NCBI GenBank assembly: GCA_964557325.1
Contig: CAZKZO010000001.1
Location: 1,159-65,158 of the forward strand
Length of the DNA stretch: 64,000 bases
Direction of reading: 5' to 3'
Origin: Candidatus Woesearchaeota archaeon
GTDB taxonomy: Archaea; Nanobdellota; Nanobdellia; Pacearchaeales; GW2011-AR1
Both the position numbers and the translations under genes were made by a program. Below the pieces are notes generated by a model. It saw only the letters and a program-made list of their open reading frames with translations, was not told the origin of the DNA and did not search any database. Shown here one piece after another: positions 38,100 to 47,043 of the stretch. Every line of letters starts with the position of its first letter. Positions within the stretch are counted from its first letter, which is position 1.

Positions 38100-38438
38100 A
38101 TGGCAGAAAAACAAGAATATCATCCAGATTCTTATTTAAACGAGTCTGTAATAAAAATAAGAAGTTTAGAAGAAAAACAAAGAATGCTTAAAGACAGACT
38201 TCTTTTAATAGGAGAAAATCTTATTGAAATCCGTGAAAAACAAAAACAGGAAATAATTGAAATTAAAAAAGAATTAGAGATAATAAAAAGAAACATGGAG
38301 CGTTTAACAGGATTTCTAGAAACAGCTTCATCAGAATTTTCAAACTTTGCAAGAAAAGAAGATGTTGAAATACTTGCAAAACAAGCAAAAATATTTCAAC
38401 CATTAGAAATAAGAAGAAAAAAAGATTTAAAAAAATGA
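38100..38438 (+). CDS. Coiled-coil protein
   Basis: Heptad-rich EIREKQKQEIIEIKKELEIIKRNMERL. Confidence 0.3.
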   Translation: MAEKQEYHPDSYLNESVIKIRSLEEKQRMLKDRLLLIGENLIEIREKQKQEIIEIKKELEIIKRNMERLTGFLETASSEFSNFARKEDVEILAKQAKIFQPLEIRRKKDLKK

Positions 38439-38454
38439 AAAACCTTAAATTAAG

Positions 38455-39384
38455 ATGGGATTATTAGATGAAGTTGCTGCCTTGAAAAATAAAGGATTTT
38501 CTGAACAACAAATAATCAACAAACTCCAGGAAAGTGGAAATTCGCCTAAAGAAATTAAAGATGCTTTAGGAAGAGCACAAATAAAAAATGCTGTTTCAAG
38601 CCAAGACAATAAAACCCAAGAACTTGAAGCTTCTATAATGACTCAAGACCCTCAAAAACAAAAAACAAAAAAACAAAACAAACAAACTCAACAACAAAAA
38701 CCTTATCCAGGAGAAGGAGAACTTCAACCTCCTGCTCCAATATCTAAAATAAAAAAGGAGAATTACATGCCATCTACACAAGAAATAAATCAAGGACAAC
38801 AAACACAAGAAATAGGAAACACTGAGCAAAACTATCAAGAAAGCGGACAAGCACAACAAGCACAACAAGAAAGCCCTCAACAAACACAAGATTATCAAGG
38901 ATATGAAGAATATGCTTCTCAAATACCTTCTCCAAACCAAGAATATTATCCTCAAGAACAATATGATACAGGATATGGATATGATTATGCAAGTATGACT
39001 GACACAGATACTATGATTGAAATTGCAGAACAAGTATTTACTGAAAAAATGAAAAAAACATTAAAACAAGTAGATGAGCTTACAGAATTTAAAACACTTG
39101 CTGAATCAAAAATAGAAAATATTTCTGATCGATTAAAAAGAATAGAATCGCAAATAGACAATCTGCAAATCACTATTCTTGAAAAAATAGGATCTTATGG
39201 AAGAGGAATTGATACTGTTAAAAAAGAAATGAAAATGGTTGAAGATTCGTTTGAAAAAGTAATGTCTGGTTTAAGTGCAGAAAAAACCCATAAAAAATCC
39301 AAAAAAACTACAAAAAGAAAATCAAAATCAAAAAAATCTCATTCTAAATCAAAGAAAAAGAAATCTAAGAAAAGTAAAAAATAA
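38455..39384 (+). CDS. Q/Y-rich low-complexity (prion-like) protein with a coiled coil and a poly-Lys/Ser C-terminus
   Basis: Central QQTQEIGNTEQNYQESGQAQQAQQESPQQTQDYQGYEEY...YDTGYGYDYA region. C-terminal KSKKTTKRKSKSKKSHSKSKKKKSKKSKK. Confidence 0.4.
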   Translation: MGLLDEVAALKNKGFSEQQIINKLQESGNSPKEIKDALGRAQIKNAVSSQDNKTQELEASIMTQDPQKQKTKKQNKQTQQQKPYPGEGELQPPAPISKIKKENYMPSTQEINQGQQTQEIGNTEQNYQESGQAQQAQQESPQQTQDYQGYEEYASQIPSPNQEYYPQEQYDTGYGYDYASMTDTDTMIEIAEQVFTEKMKKTLKQVDELTEFKTLAESKIENISDRLKRIESQIDNLQITILEKIGSYGRGIDTVKKEMKMVEDSFEKVMSGLSAEKTHKKSKKTTKRKSKSKKSHSKSKKKKSKKSKK

Positions 39385-39385
39385 A

Positions 39386-39970
39386 TCATTCGTTACTATA
39401 TAAAATAGGACGATAATCAGGTAATCCTGTTTTCTCTTTTCCTGCTCCAATAATTGCACCTATAATTGCAAGAAAAATAATACTTCCCACAATATAAGGA
39501 GAATACATCCATAAAAAACCAGAATAACTACCATAACCTAAAAAACTAAATGTTTGGTAAATCACAACTATAAGAATAATAACTGCACCTCCTAATAAAA
39601 CATAGTTAATTCCTTTATGTTTTGGGTCTAAAAACAATCCAAATAAAATTAATATCACTAATAATACAGCCAATCCTACTCCTAACCTAGGGAATATTTC
39701 TGAGAAAAATATAGGAACAAAATCAAACTGCAAAGATAAAAGTGAAACAGATAAAGCAATTATTCCATTAATCACTCTATTTTCTTTGAATAATTTAACT
39801 TGCATTAAAACCCCAAATACAATTGCAAAAATAAGAAGAAACGGAAGAATATAACTAAATACTCCTAACTGTTCCCAGACTGCAAGAACATTTCCAAACA
39901 CACCTCCAGAATACCCTCCAAAATATCCGCTTGAAGCTAACATAATATCCATATTAATTAACAAGAACAA
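39386..39970 (-). CDS. Polytopic membrane protein (paralog of the next gene)
   Basis: 5-6 TM helices; similar architecture to 39989..40483. Confidence 0.3.
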   Translation of the reverse strand: MFLLINMDIMLASSGYFGGYSGGVFGNVLAVWEQLGVFSYILPFLLIFAIVFGVLMQVKLFKENRVINGIIALSVSLLSLQFDFVPIFFSEIFPRLGVGLAVLLVILILFGLFLDPKHKGINYVLLGGAVIILIVVIYQTFSFLGYGSYSGFLWMYSPYIVGSIIFLAIIGAIIGAGKEKTGLPDYRPILYSNE

Positions 39971-39988
39971 ATATTTATAAATTTATGG

Positions 39989-40483
39989 TTAATTTCCACT
40001 CTTACCTTTTGTTAAAACTAATGCAAGAGCAATAATTATTACAGCAATAAATAATGCATTTATCCAAAATTCAGTAGTTAATCTTTCAATAATAGGGTCA
40101 AAAATACTCCAACCAACCCCTGCAGAATAAATAATAACTACTAATACAGCAATTATTGCAACAGCACCAATAAACCATTTTAATCCACTGCTTTCAATTT
40201 TTAAATCACTACCTGTAGCAAAACCCCATATCATCAAAACCACAAAAAGCATAACTAATGCAATTGTTAAAAACAAAATAAGATTTTCAACAGCTAATTT
40301 TGGAAAAACAGCCCCTACAAAAATCAAACCAATAACCAAAGAAACAAGTGCATTTAATTGCTTGCTATCATCTCCAAAAACCTTTGTTTTTTCAAGTATT
40401 CCAAAAGTTATAAAAAATATAAGTAAAAAAGGGAATGCAAACTTTGTTAAAATCCAATGTTGTAATATTGTTTCAGTTGCCAT
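39989..40483 (-). CDS. Polytopic membrane protein
   Basis: 4-5 TM helices. Confidence 0.3.
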   Translation of the reverse strand: MATETILQHWILTKFAFPFLLIFFITFGILEKTKVFGDDSKQLNALVSLVIGLIFVGAVFPKLAVENLILFLTIALVMLFVVLMIWGFATGSDLKIESSGLKWFIGAVAIIAVLVVIIYSAGVGWSIFDPIIERLTTEFWINALFIAVIIIALALVLTKGKSGN

Positions 40484-40491
40484 CTTAAATT

Positions 40492-40770
40492 TTAAACAAG
40501 ATCTTCAGGCATTTCGTCTAAATCAGAATCCTGGCTTGGTAAGGCAGATTTGTTTATAATAAAAATATCACTAATTGCCCTTACAAATTGATGAGGTATA
40601 ATCACTCCTCTTGCCCCTCCTATCAAAGACATAACACTTCCGCCTACTTTTATTCTCCAGCTATCAATCTTATTTTCCTGAAGATTTGCCTCTTCAACTT
40701 CTCCAAAAAAATCACCTGAATCAGTATAAACTTTAGTACCCATAACGTCTGTAACTTCTTTTATCCTCAT
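40492..40770 (-). CDS. PRC-barrel domain protein
   Basis: About 90 aa; VMGTKVYTDSGDFFGEVEEANL....KIDSWRIKV is typical of the PRC barrel. Confidence 0.5.
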   Translation of the reverse strand: MRIKEVTDVMGTKVYTDSGDFFGEVEEANLQENKIDSWRIKVGGSVMSLIGGARGVIIPHQFVRAISDIFIINKSALPSQDSDLDEMPEDLV

Positions 40771-40897
40771 GATTAAGAATTATCAACCCTTATTTAAATA
40801 CTTTTCCATACTCTTAAACATTTATTCTATAACATATGAAATTTCTCTATAAATCAAAGACACAAAAATTTATAAAAAATTCAACACTCTATGAACT

Positions 40898-41524
40898 ATG
40901 CTTAATAAAAAAGAAACAGCATTAGTTCTGATAATTGCTTTTATATTTGCAATCTCATTAAGTTTTTTGAAAGGAATTGATGTCTTTCTAAGTTTTTTAA
41001 TTATATCTTTATTAGTGCTAATAATTAATATTTTTGCTAAAAAAATAGCAGGATTTTACCTTGATTCTGAAGTAGAAATAGATGTATGGAAAATGAAAAG
41101 ATATGGTTTCAAGCCAGGTTCTCATTTTAAAAGAGGATTACCTGCAGGAGCATTATTCCCCTTACTTTCATCTGTACTTACATTTGGCAATTTTGTATGG
41201 CTTGCCTCTCTGATTTTTGAAGTAAAGCCAAAAATCTACAGAGCTGCAAAAAGACACACTCTTTACAAATTCTCAGAAATGACAGAAGAACACATTGGCT
41301 TAATAGCTACTGCAGGAATCACAGCAAATATACTCTTTGCAATATTAGGTTATTTAATAGGATTTTCTGATTTTGCAAAACTAAATATTTATTTTGCAAC
41401 ATTTAATCTTATACCTTTATCTAATCTTGATGGAAACAAAATATTCTTTGGAAACATTGTTACATGGAGCACACTTTCAATAATTGCGCTCATAGGATTA
41501 GGAGCTTCATTATTTTTGGTATGA
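40898..41524 (+). CDS. M50/S2P-like membrane protein lacking HExxH
   Basis: C-terminal NLIPLSNLDGNK resembles the M50 LDG motif, but no HExxH is present. Confidence 0.3.
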   Translation: MLNKKETALVLIIAFIFAISLSFLKGIDVFLSFLIISLLVLIINIFAKKIAGFYLDSEVEIDVWKMKRYGFKPGSHFKRGLPAGALFPLLSSVLTFGNFVWLASLIFEVKPKIYRAAKRHTLYKFSEMTEEHIGLIATAGITANILFAILGYLIGFSDFAKLNIYFATFNLIPLSNLDGNKIFFGNIVTWSTLSIIALIGLGASLFLV

Positions 41525-41558
41525 AAAAACATTTAAACAAGACAATATAAGTAATAAT

Positions 41559-41765
41559 ATGGAGAAAAAAAGTTTTTTGAAGAAAAAGAAAATAACAGCA
41601 GTAATTTCAATATTTTCTTTAATAGCAGGATTTATGTTTTTAAATCAAGACATAACAGGAAATGTTATTTTAGAATCAAATCCCTCATTTAACCCTTTAA
41701 CACTAATAGGGCTTTTGCTTGTTTTCTGTTCAGCAATACTTGCATTATATTCTATAAAAAAGTAA
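41559..41765 (+). CDS. Small membrane protein
   Basis: Two TM helices. Confidence 0.3.
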   Translation: MEKKSFLKKKKITAVISIFSLIAGFMFLNQDITGNVILESNPSFNPLTLIGLLLVFCSAILALYSIKK

Positions 41766-41771
41766 ACACGC

Positions 41772-44700
41772 ATGGAATTTCTAGAGAAAATTACTCCAAG
41801 AGAGTATCAATATAAAATTTTTCAAACATGTAAGGAAAAGAATTGTTTAGTTGTGCTTCCGACAGGATTAGGAAAAACACTTATTGCGCTAATGCTTACA
41901 ATCAACAGACTTAAAAAATATCCTGAAGAAAAAATTCTCTTTCTTGCCCCAACCAAACCACTAACAGAACAACATTATTCTTATTTCAAAAAATATCTTC
42001 CAGAATTATTTGCAGGAACAGAAATATTTACAGGAACAGTGCCTGCAAAACAAAGAAAAAAACTTTGGCAAAAAGCAGATATTATTTTCTCAACACCTCA
42101 ATGCATTTCAAACGACTTAAAAAACAAACTGTATGATTTAAAAGAAGTTTCTCTATTAATAGAAGATGAAGCCCACAGGTGTATTAAAAATTACGCATAT
42201 AATTATGTTGCCCAACAATATAAACACCAGGCAAAAAACCAAAGAATAATAGGTTTGACAGCTTCTCCAGGAAATGATTATGCCAAAATAAATAACATTT
42301 GCAAAAACCTTTCTATTGAGGCTGTAGAGCTTAAAACCCGTAAAAGCCCTGATGTTAAAAAATATCTGCAAGAACTTGAATTTGAAAAAATAAATGTAAA
42401 ACTTCCTTCTGAATTTACAGAAATCCAGGTCACACTAAAAGAACTTTTCAATAAATATATTTCAGAACTTAAAAAAAGAAAACTTTTATGGGCACCCCCC
42501 AGCAAAACAGAACTTATAAAACTTCAGAAAAAACTTGCAAAAAACATTTCTATGGGAGGTAAAAACTATAATACCCTTTTAGGAATGAGTGCTTGTGCAC
42601 AGGCAATAAAAATACAACACGCATTAGAACTTTTAGAAACCCAAACCTTAACCAGTTTTAATAAATACATAAAAAACTTGTTTAAAAGAGCTGCAAAAAA
42701 AGAAAGTAAAGGAATTATAAGACTTGTTTCAAAACCAGAATTTAACTTTGTTTATATGAAATCTAATGAACTTCTTGAAAAAAATAAAGAACACCCTAAA
42801 CTTAAAGAATTGGTTTCTTTGATAGAAAAAGAAAAATCAAAAAATTCTGAGCCAAAAATAATTATATTTGCACAATACAGGGAAACTATTCAACTAATTT
42901 CTAAAAAAATAAATGAACTACCTGGATTAAAGGCAAAAGTTTTTGTAGGGCAAACAAAAAAATCAACTTCTTCAGGAGTAAGTGGCTTAAGCCAGGATGA
43001 ACAGAAAAAAATAATAAAAGAGTTTGCAGAAAAAAAGATAAATGTTCTTTGTTCAACATCCGTACATCCTAAAGAATACATAATCATAAAAAAAGGAGAT
43101 AAAATAGATTTAAGAAAAATTGGAATGTTTGTTGATTCTTTTTTAGAAAAAAATGAATTTTCAAAAAGAATATGTGGCTATGAAACATTGACTACTGACG
43201 GTAAAAAAATATATTTCGCACCAATAACCCATATTCACAAACATCTCTCAAAATTAAATTGTTCACAAGTAAGGCTTAGTTCAGGTCTCGACACTTTAAT
43301 AACTGAAGACCATAGTCTATTTAGTTTTGACAAAAAGAATAAATTTACTCCAAGTATCCCTAAATTAAACAAATTTGTAGCACTTTCTCTAAATTGCCCA
43401 AATATTGAAAATAAAGCAGAGATTGATATTTTTAAAGAAATTAAAAATAAAAACATTTCAAATTTATTTGGGTCTATTGAAGGATTAAATCAAGCAAAGA
43501 TGAGAAAATTGGAAACTGATCTAAAAATATTAAAAACAATTAAACAAAAAAAGAAGAGTATTACAGAAATAAAAAAATCATCAAAAAAAGCCTATTCAAC
43601 TGTGATAAATTGTGGGAACAGACTAAAAGAAAAAAGTTATTTAATAAAACGAAAAGAAAAGAAAAATTTCAAAACAAGTTTTTTAATAACTAAAAGAGGC
43701 ACTGAATATTTAGCTTTTTTAGAATGGTTTTTTAAAAATGTTTATTATAGAAAGGGGAAGTATAGATTTAAATTAAAAAAAATACCCAAAAAAGATTTTT
43801 CTAAATTTTTTAAATCACACTTAAATGTAAATTACGGAAAAGTAAGATCTCCACGAAAAATAACAGTCAATAAAGAGGTTGCAAAATTTTTAGGTTTCTA
43901 TGTTTCAGAAGGGCACGCGAGAAAAACGGAAAAAAAATCAGAGATTTTTCTAGCAGCAAGAAAGAAGAAAATGCAGGATCTGATGGAAAAATCAATTAGG
44001 GAAGGTTTAAAATTAAAAACAAGAAGAAGTAAAAATGGAGTTGCAATTGACGCTCAAATAGGTTATTATCTTATTAAAGATGTATTCAGAGCAGGGATAG
44101 GTTCTTACAATAAAGAAGTTCCAGAGATAATTTTTACTTCTCCGTCAAAAGTTAAATGGGCTTTTTTAGAGACCTATTTTCTTGGTGATGGATACTTTTC
44201 AAAAGACAAGATAGTTTTAACAACAGTAAGTAGAAAACTTATAACCGGAATTGTTCTATTGCTTAGGATGTTAGGAATACAACAAATAACGTTACATAAA
44301 CAAAAAAACATTTACAAACTGAATATATTTGAATCTCTTCCTTTTGCTAAAATCAAGAGAAAAAAAGAAAAAAGAAGGCGTTCATATTTCTCTCTCATTC
44401 CTAAAGCCCTAAAATCAAAAAGAATATTTGAAATTTACGAAAGCTACTTTAACTATAATAAAAATATTTCAAAAAAATGCAGGGAAATAGGAAAATGGGA
44501 TAATGATATTTGTTATGATTTTATAAAAAAAATAAAGAAATTAAAAAAACAACCTAAATTTGTTTATGATATATCTGTTAAAAAAACACAAAATTTTCTT
44601 GGAGGGACAGGATTATTTGTTCTCCACAATTCAATCGGTGAAGAAGGACTAGATATACCTGAAGTCAACACAGTAATATTTTATGAACCAATCCCTTCAG

Positions 44701-44897
44701 CTATAAGAGCAATTCAAAGAGCAGGAAGAACTGCAAGATTAAAAAAAGGAAAACTTGTAATATTAATAACAGAAAAAACAAGAGATGAAATTAATTTTTA
44801 TGTTTCTCGTGCAAAAGAGAAAAAAATGAAATCTGCAATAAAAAATATAAAGAAAAACCTTGGAAGTAAAAAAGATTTTCAAAAAAAATTAAAATGA
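41772..44897 (+). CDS. hef: Hef/FANCM-type SF2 helicase (helicase module only) interrupted by an intein
   Basis: Motifs I (LPTGLGKT), II (DEAHRC), III (GLTASPG) and V/VI (CSTS | intein | SIGEEGLDIPEV...IQRAGRTAR). Confidence 0.75.
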   Translation: MEFLEKITPREYQYKIFQTCKEKNCLVVLPTGLGKTLIALMLTINRLKKYPEEKILFLAPTKPLTEQHYSYFKKYLPELFAGTEIFTGTVPAKQRKKLWQKADIIFSTPQCISNDLKNKLYDLKEVSLLIEDEAHRCIKNYAYNYVAQQYKHQAKNQRIIGLTASPGNDYAKINNICKNLSIEAVELKTRKSPDVKKYLQELEFEKINVKLPSEFTEIQVTLKELFNKYISELKKRKLLWAPPSKTELIKLQKKLAKNISMGGKNYNTLLGMSACAQAIKIQHALELLETQTLTSFNKYIKNLFKRAAKKESKGIIRLVSKPEFNFVYMKSNELLEKNKEHPKLKELVSLIEKEKSKNSEPKIIIFAQYRETIQLISKKINELPGLKAKVFVGQTKKSTSSGVSGLSQDEQKKIIKEFAEKKINVLCSTSVHPKEYIIIKKGDKIDLRKIGMFVDSFLEKNEFSKRICGYETLTTDGKKIYFAPITHIHKHLSKLNCSQVRLSSGLDTLITEDHSLFSFDKKNKFTPSIPKLNKFVALSLNCPNIENKAEIDIFKEIKNKNISNLFGSIEGLNQAKMRKLETDLKILKTIKQKKKSITEIKKSSKKAYSTVINCGNRLKEKSYLIKRKEKKNFKTSFLITKRGTEYLAFLEWFFKNVYYRKGKYRFKLKKIPKKDFSKFFKSHLNVNYGKVRSPRKITVNKEVAKFLGFYVSEGHARKTEKKSEIFLAARKKKMQDLMEKSIREGLKLKTRRSKNGVAIDAQIGYYLIKDVFRAGIGSYNKEVPEIIFTSPSKVKWAFLETYFLGDGYFSKDKIVLTTVSRKLITGIVLLLRMLGIQQITLHKQKNIYKLNIFESLPFAKIKRKKEKRRRSYFSLIPKALKSKRIFEIYESYFNYNKNISKKCREIGKWDNDICYDFIKKIKKLKKQPKFVYDISVKKTQNFLGGTGLFVLHNSIGEEGLDIPEVNTVIFYEPIPSAIRAIQRAGRTARLKKGKLVILITEKTRDEINFYVSRAKEKKMKSAIKNIKKNLGSKKDFQKKLK
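43059..44630 (+). mobile_element. Hef helicase intein (524 aa) with a LAGLIDADG endonuclease domain
   Basis: Inserted in motif V (TS | VGEEGLD equivalent). Begins with Ser and ends ...VLHN with a +1 Ser. LAGLIDADG-like blocks LGFYVSEGHA and ETYFLGDGYF. Confidence 0.65.
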
Positions 44898-45613
44898 CTC
44901 CTTTTTTAGATATATTTTCCAAAACAAATAAAAAGAAATTACCTAAAAAAGAAAAAATTATAATTGATTATCAAGAAAGGAATTCCCTTGTAAGTGGAGA
45001 GCTTGAAAAGTTAGGATTAAAAACAGAATTTACAAGACTTAAAGTTGCAGATTACATGGTAAAAGGCATAGCTATTGAAAGGAAAACTGTTTCAGATTTT
45101 ATAAGTTCAATGATAAATAAAAGACTTATAAAACAACTTAAGGAACTTCAACAATATGAAAACAGACTTTTATTAATAGAAGGTATTGAAGAACAGGAAC
45201 TTTATTCAGAAGAATTTGCAAAAACAAAAACAGGAATCCATCCAAATGCAATAAGAGGTTTTCTTCTTTCAATATTATTAAATTATAAAACACCTATACT
45301 TTTTACAAAAGATTTTGCAGACACTGCCAGATTCATAAAAATCCTTTCAAAAAAACAAAAAAAAGAACTTCCCCTAAATATAAATAAAAAAACACTCAAC
45401 ACTCAAGAAAGAATTCAATTTATACTTGAAGGTTTTCCAGGAATAGGCCCTAAAACTGCAAGAAAACTCTTAAATGAATTCAAAACCCTACAAAATATAA
45501 TTAATGCTTCAGAAGAAGAATTAAAAGAAGTTGTTGGAAAAAAATCAGAGCCTCTAATAAAAATAATTAACTATAAATATAAAGAAAAACCAAGAAATCC
45601 AGAGAAAAAATAA
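44894..45613 (+). CDS. ERCC4/XPF-family nuclease domain with HhH2 (Hef nuclease module as a separate ORF)
   Basis: ERCC4 core (IDYQERNS...VADYMV...ERKTVSDF) and a C-terminal (HhH)2 GFPGIGPKTARKLL. Start overlaps the helicase stop (ATGA) just after an A8 run. Confidence 0.7.
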   Translation: MTPFLDIFSKTNKKKLPKKEKIIIDYQERNSLVSGELEKLGLKTEFTRLKVADYMVKGIAIERKTVSDFISSMINKRLIKQLKELQQYENRLLLIEGIEEQELYSEEFAKTKTGIHPNAIRGFLLSILLNYKTPILFTKDFADTARFIKILSKKQKKELPLNINKKTLNTQERIQFILEGFPGIGPKTARKLLNEFKTLQNIINASEEELKEVVGKKSEPLIKIINYKYKEKPRNPEKK

Positions 45614-45619
45614 AATTAA

Positions 45620-46195
45620 TTAAATTAATTTATATCTTTCAATAGCCCCATAAACAGGACCTTTTGGAAAAAGTTTTGACTTTTTAAGTTTAAATTCTTT
45701 AACTTTAAATTTAAGTTTAGGAAGTTTTATTTTCTTAAGCTCTCCAATAAACTTATTTTTATCATTTATCTTCTTTACCCTTGCAATAGTCAAATGACTC
45801 ATAAACCTTGTCTCTCTTGAAAAAATACCTTCAAGTTTCTCATCAACAGCTTTTTGAAGTTCGCCACAATTGCTTATATGTAACCAAACAATTATTTTTC
45901 TGTTAAAATGTCTTGATTTTGTATTGTCAAAAATACCTATTTTAGTTATTTCTGTTTCAAATTCTTTAAACATAATTTCTTTTAGTCTTCTTTTAACTTC
46001 AATTAAAATTTCTTTATCTATTTCTCCTAAAAACTTTAAAGTTAAATGTATGTTTTCTTGCTCAATAAATTTTCCTTTGAAAGCAGGAAGTTTTCTTTGT
46101 ATCTTTTTGATTTCAGAATGCAATTTTTTAGGCAAGTCTATTGAAACAAAAGCTCTTATTTTTTCATCTTTCTTTTTTTTTGTTTTCTTTATCAT
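45620..46195 (-). CDS. thpR: RNA 2',3'-cyclic phosphodiesterase (ThpR/LigT, 2H family)
   Basis: Two H-x-T/S-x motifs (HLTLKFLG and HLTIARV). Confidence 0.65.
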   Translation of the reverse strand: MIKKTKKKKDEKIRAFVSIDLPKKLHSEIKKIQRKLPAFKGKFIEQENIHLTLKFLGEIDKEILIEVKRRLKEIMFKEFETEITKIGIFDNTKSRHFNRKIIVWLHISNCGELQKAVDEKLEGIFSRETRFMSHLTIARVKKINDKNKFIGELKKIKLPKLKFKVKEFKLKKSKLFPKGPVYGAIERYKLI

Positions 46196-46205
46196 TTTAA
46201 ATTAA

Positions 46206-47009
46206 TCAAATTAATTCAGCAAGTATTTTAGCTGCTAACTTAATGCTTAATTCAGGATTTTGTTTTTCAGGATTAAGTTCAACAATATCTATAGCTTTTA
46301 AAGTTTTGACTTTGTTCAATCTCTGCAAAAGATAAATTAACTGTCTGCTTGTCAATCCTCCTGGCTCTGGAAAAGCCACAGAAGGCATAAAACTTGGATC
46401 AAGCACACACAAATCAAGTGAAACATAAAGCTCTTTTCCATTTGCAAACTCCATGATTCCATCACAAGCATCTTCTAAATCAGAAATAATTGTGTTGATT
46501 GAAACTTTTTTTATTTTTTTCTCTTTTAAAAAATTAGATTCTTCTAAACTCAAACTCCTAGTACCAACCAAAAGAATATTTTCACCTGGAAAACCAGATT
46601 CAACTAATTCCCTTAGCCATGACAAATTATCTGCAAAACCTGTTTTTGATTTACGACAATTAGCATATGCATCAAAAACAATTAAACAAGGTTCTTTTTC
46701 TTCTTGTTTGCAATACTCTAAAAAAGCTCTTGTTAAAGAAAAACTAACACTTCCATCACCACCTAAAAAGATACTCTTGGACTTAATTTCAAAAATTTCA
46801 TAAGCATTTTCATAAATTAACTTATTTGTTAATTCAAGATTAGAATTATCTAAATGAATTTCTTCTAAATCCAAAGAATCTACACTAATTAACTTTCCAG
46901 ATTCATTACCTTGGATCTTTCTCAACTCAGAAATTATTTTATTTCCAGATTTTTCACAGCCTTTTGTCTTTCCAAATCCATTAATGCCTGGAACTTTTAC
47001 TATAAACAT
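46206..47009 (-). CDS. Arginase/agmatinase-fold protein with substituted metal-binding motifs
   Basis: Motif equivalents are GGDGS (for GGDHS), DAYAN (for DAHxD) and SLDLCVLDP (for SxDxDxxDP). Confidence 0.5.
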   Translation of the reverse strand: MFIVKVPGINGFGKTKGCEKSGNKIISELRKIQGNESGKLISVDSLDLEEIHLDNSNLELTNKLIYENAYEIFEIKSKSIFLGGDGSVSFSLTRAFLEYCKQEEKEPCLIVFDAYANCRKSKTGFADNLSWLRELVESGFPGENILLVGTRSLSLEESNFLKEKKIKKVSINTIISDLEDACDGIMEFANGKELYVSLDLCVLDPSFMPSVAFPEPGGLTSRQLIYLLQRLNKVKTLKAIDIVELNPEKQNPELSIKLAAKILAELI

Positions 47010-47043
47010 AAAAATACCTAAGAAAGAGTATTTTTAAGGATTA

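Noticed and set aside
38596-39173. Minus-strand ORFs within the Q-rich gene
   Set aside because: Antisense of repetitive CAA/CAG-rich coding sequence, giving L/F/C-rich nonsense.
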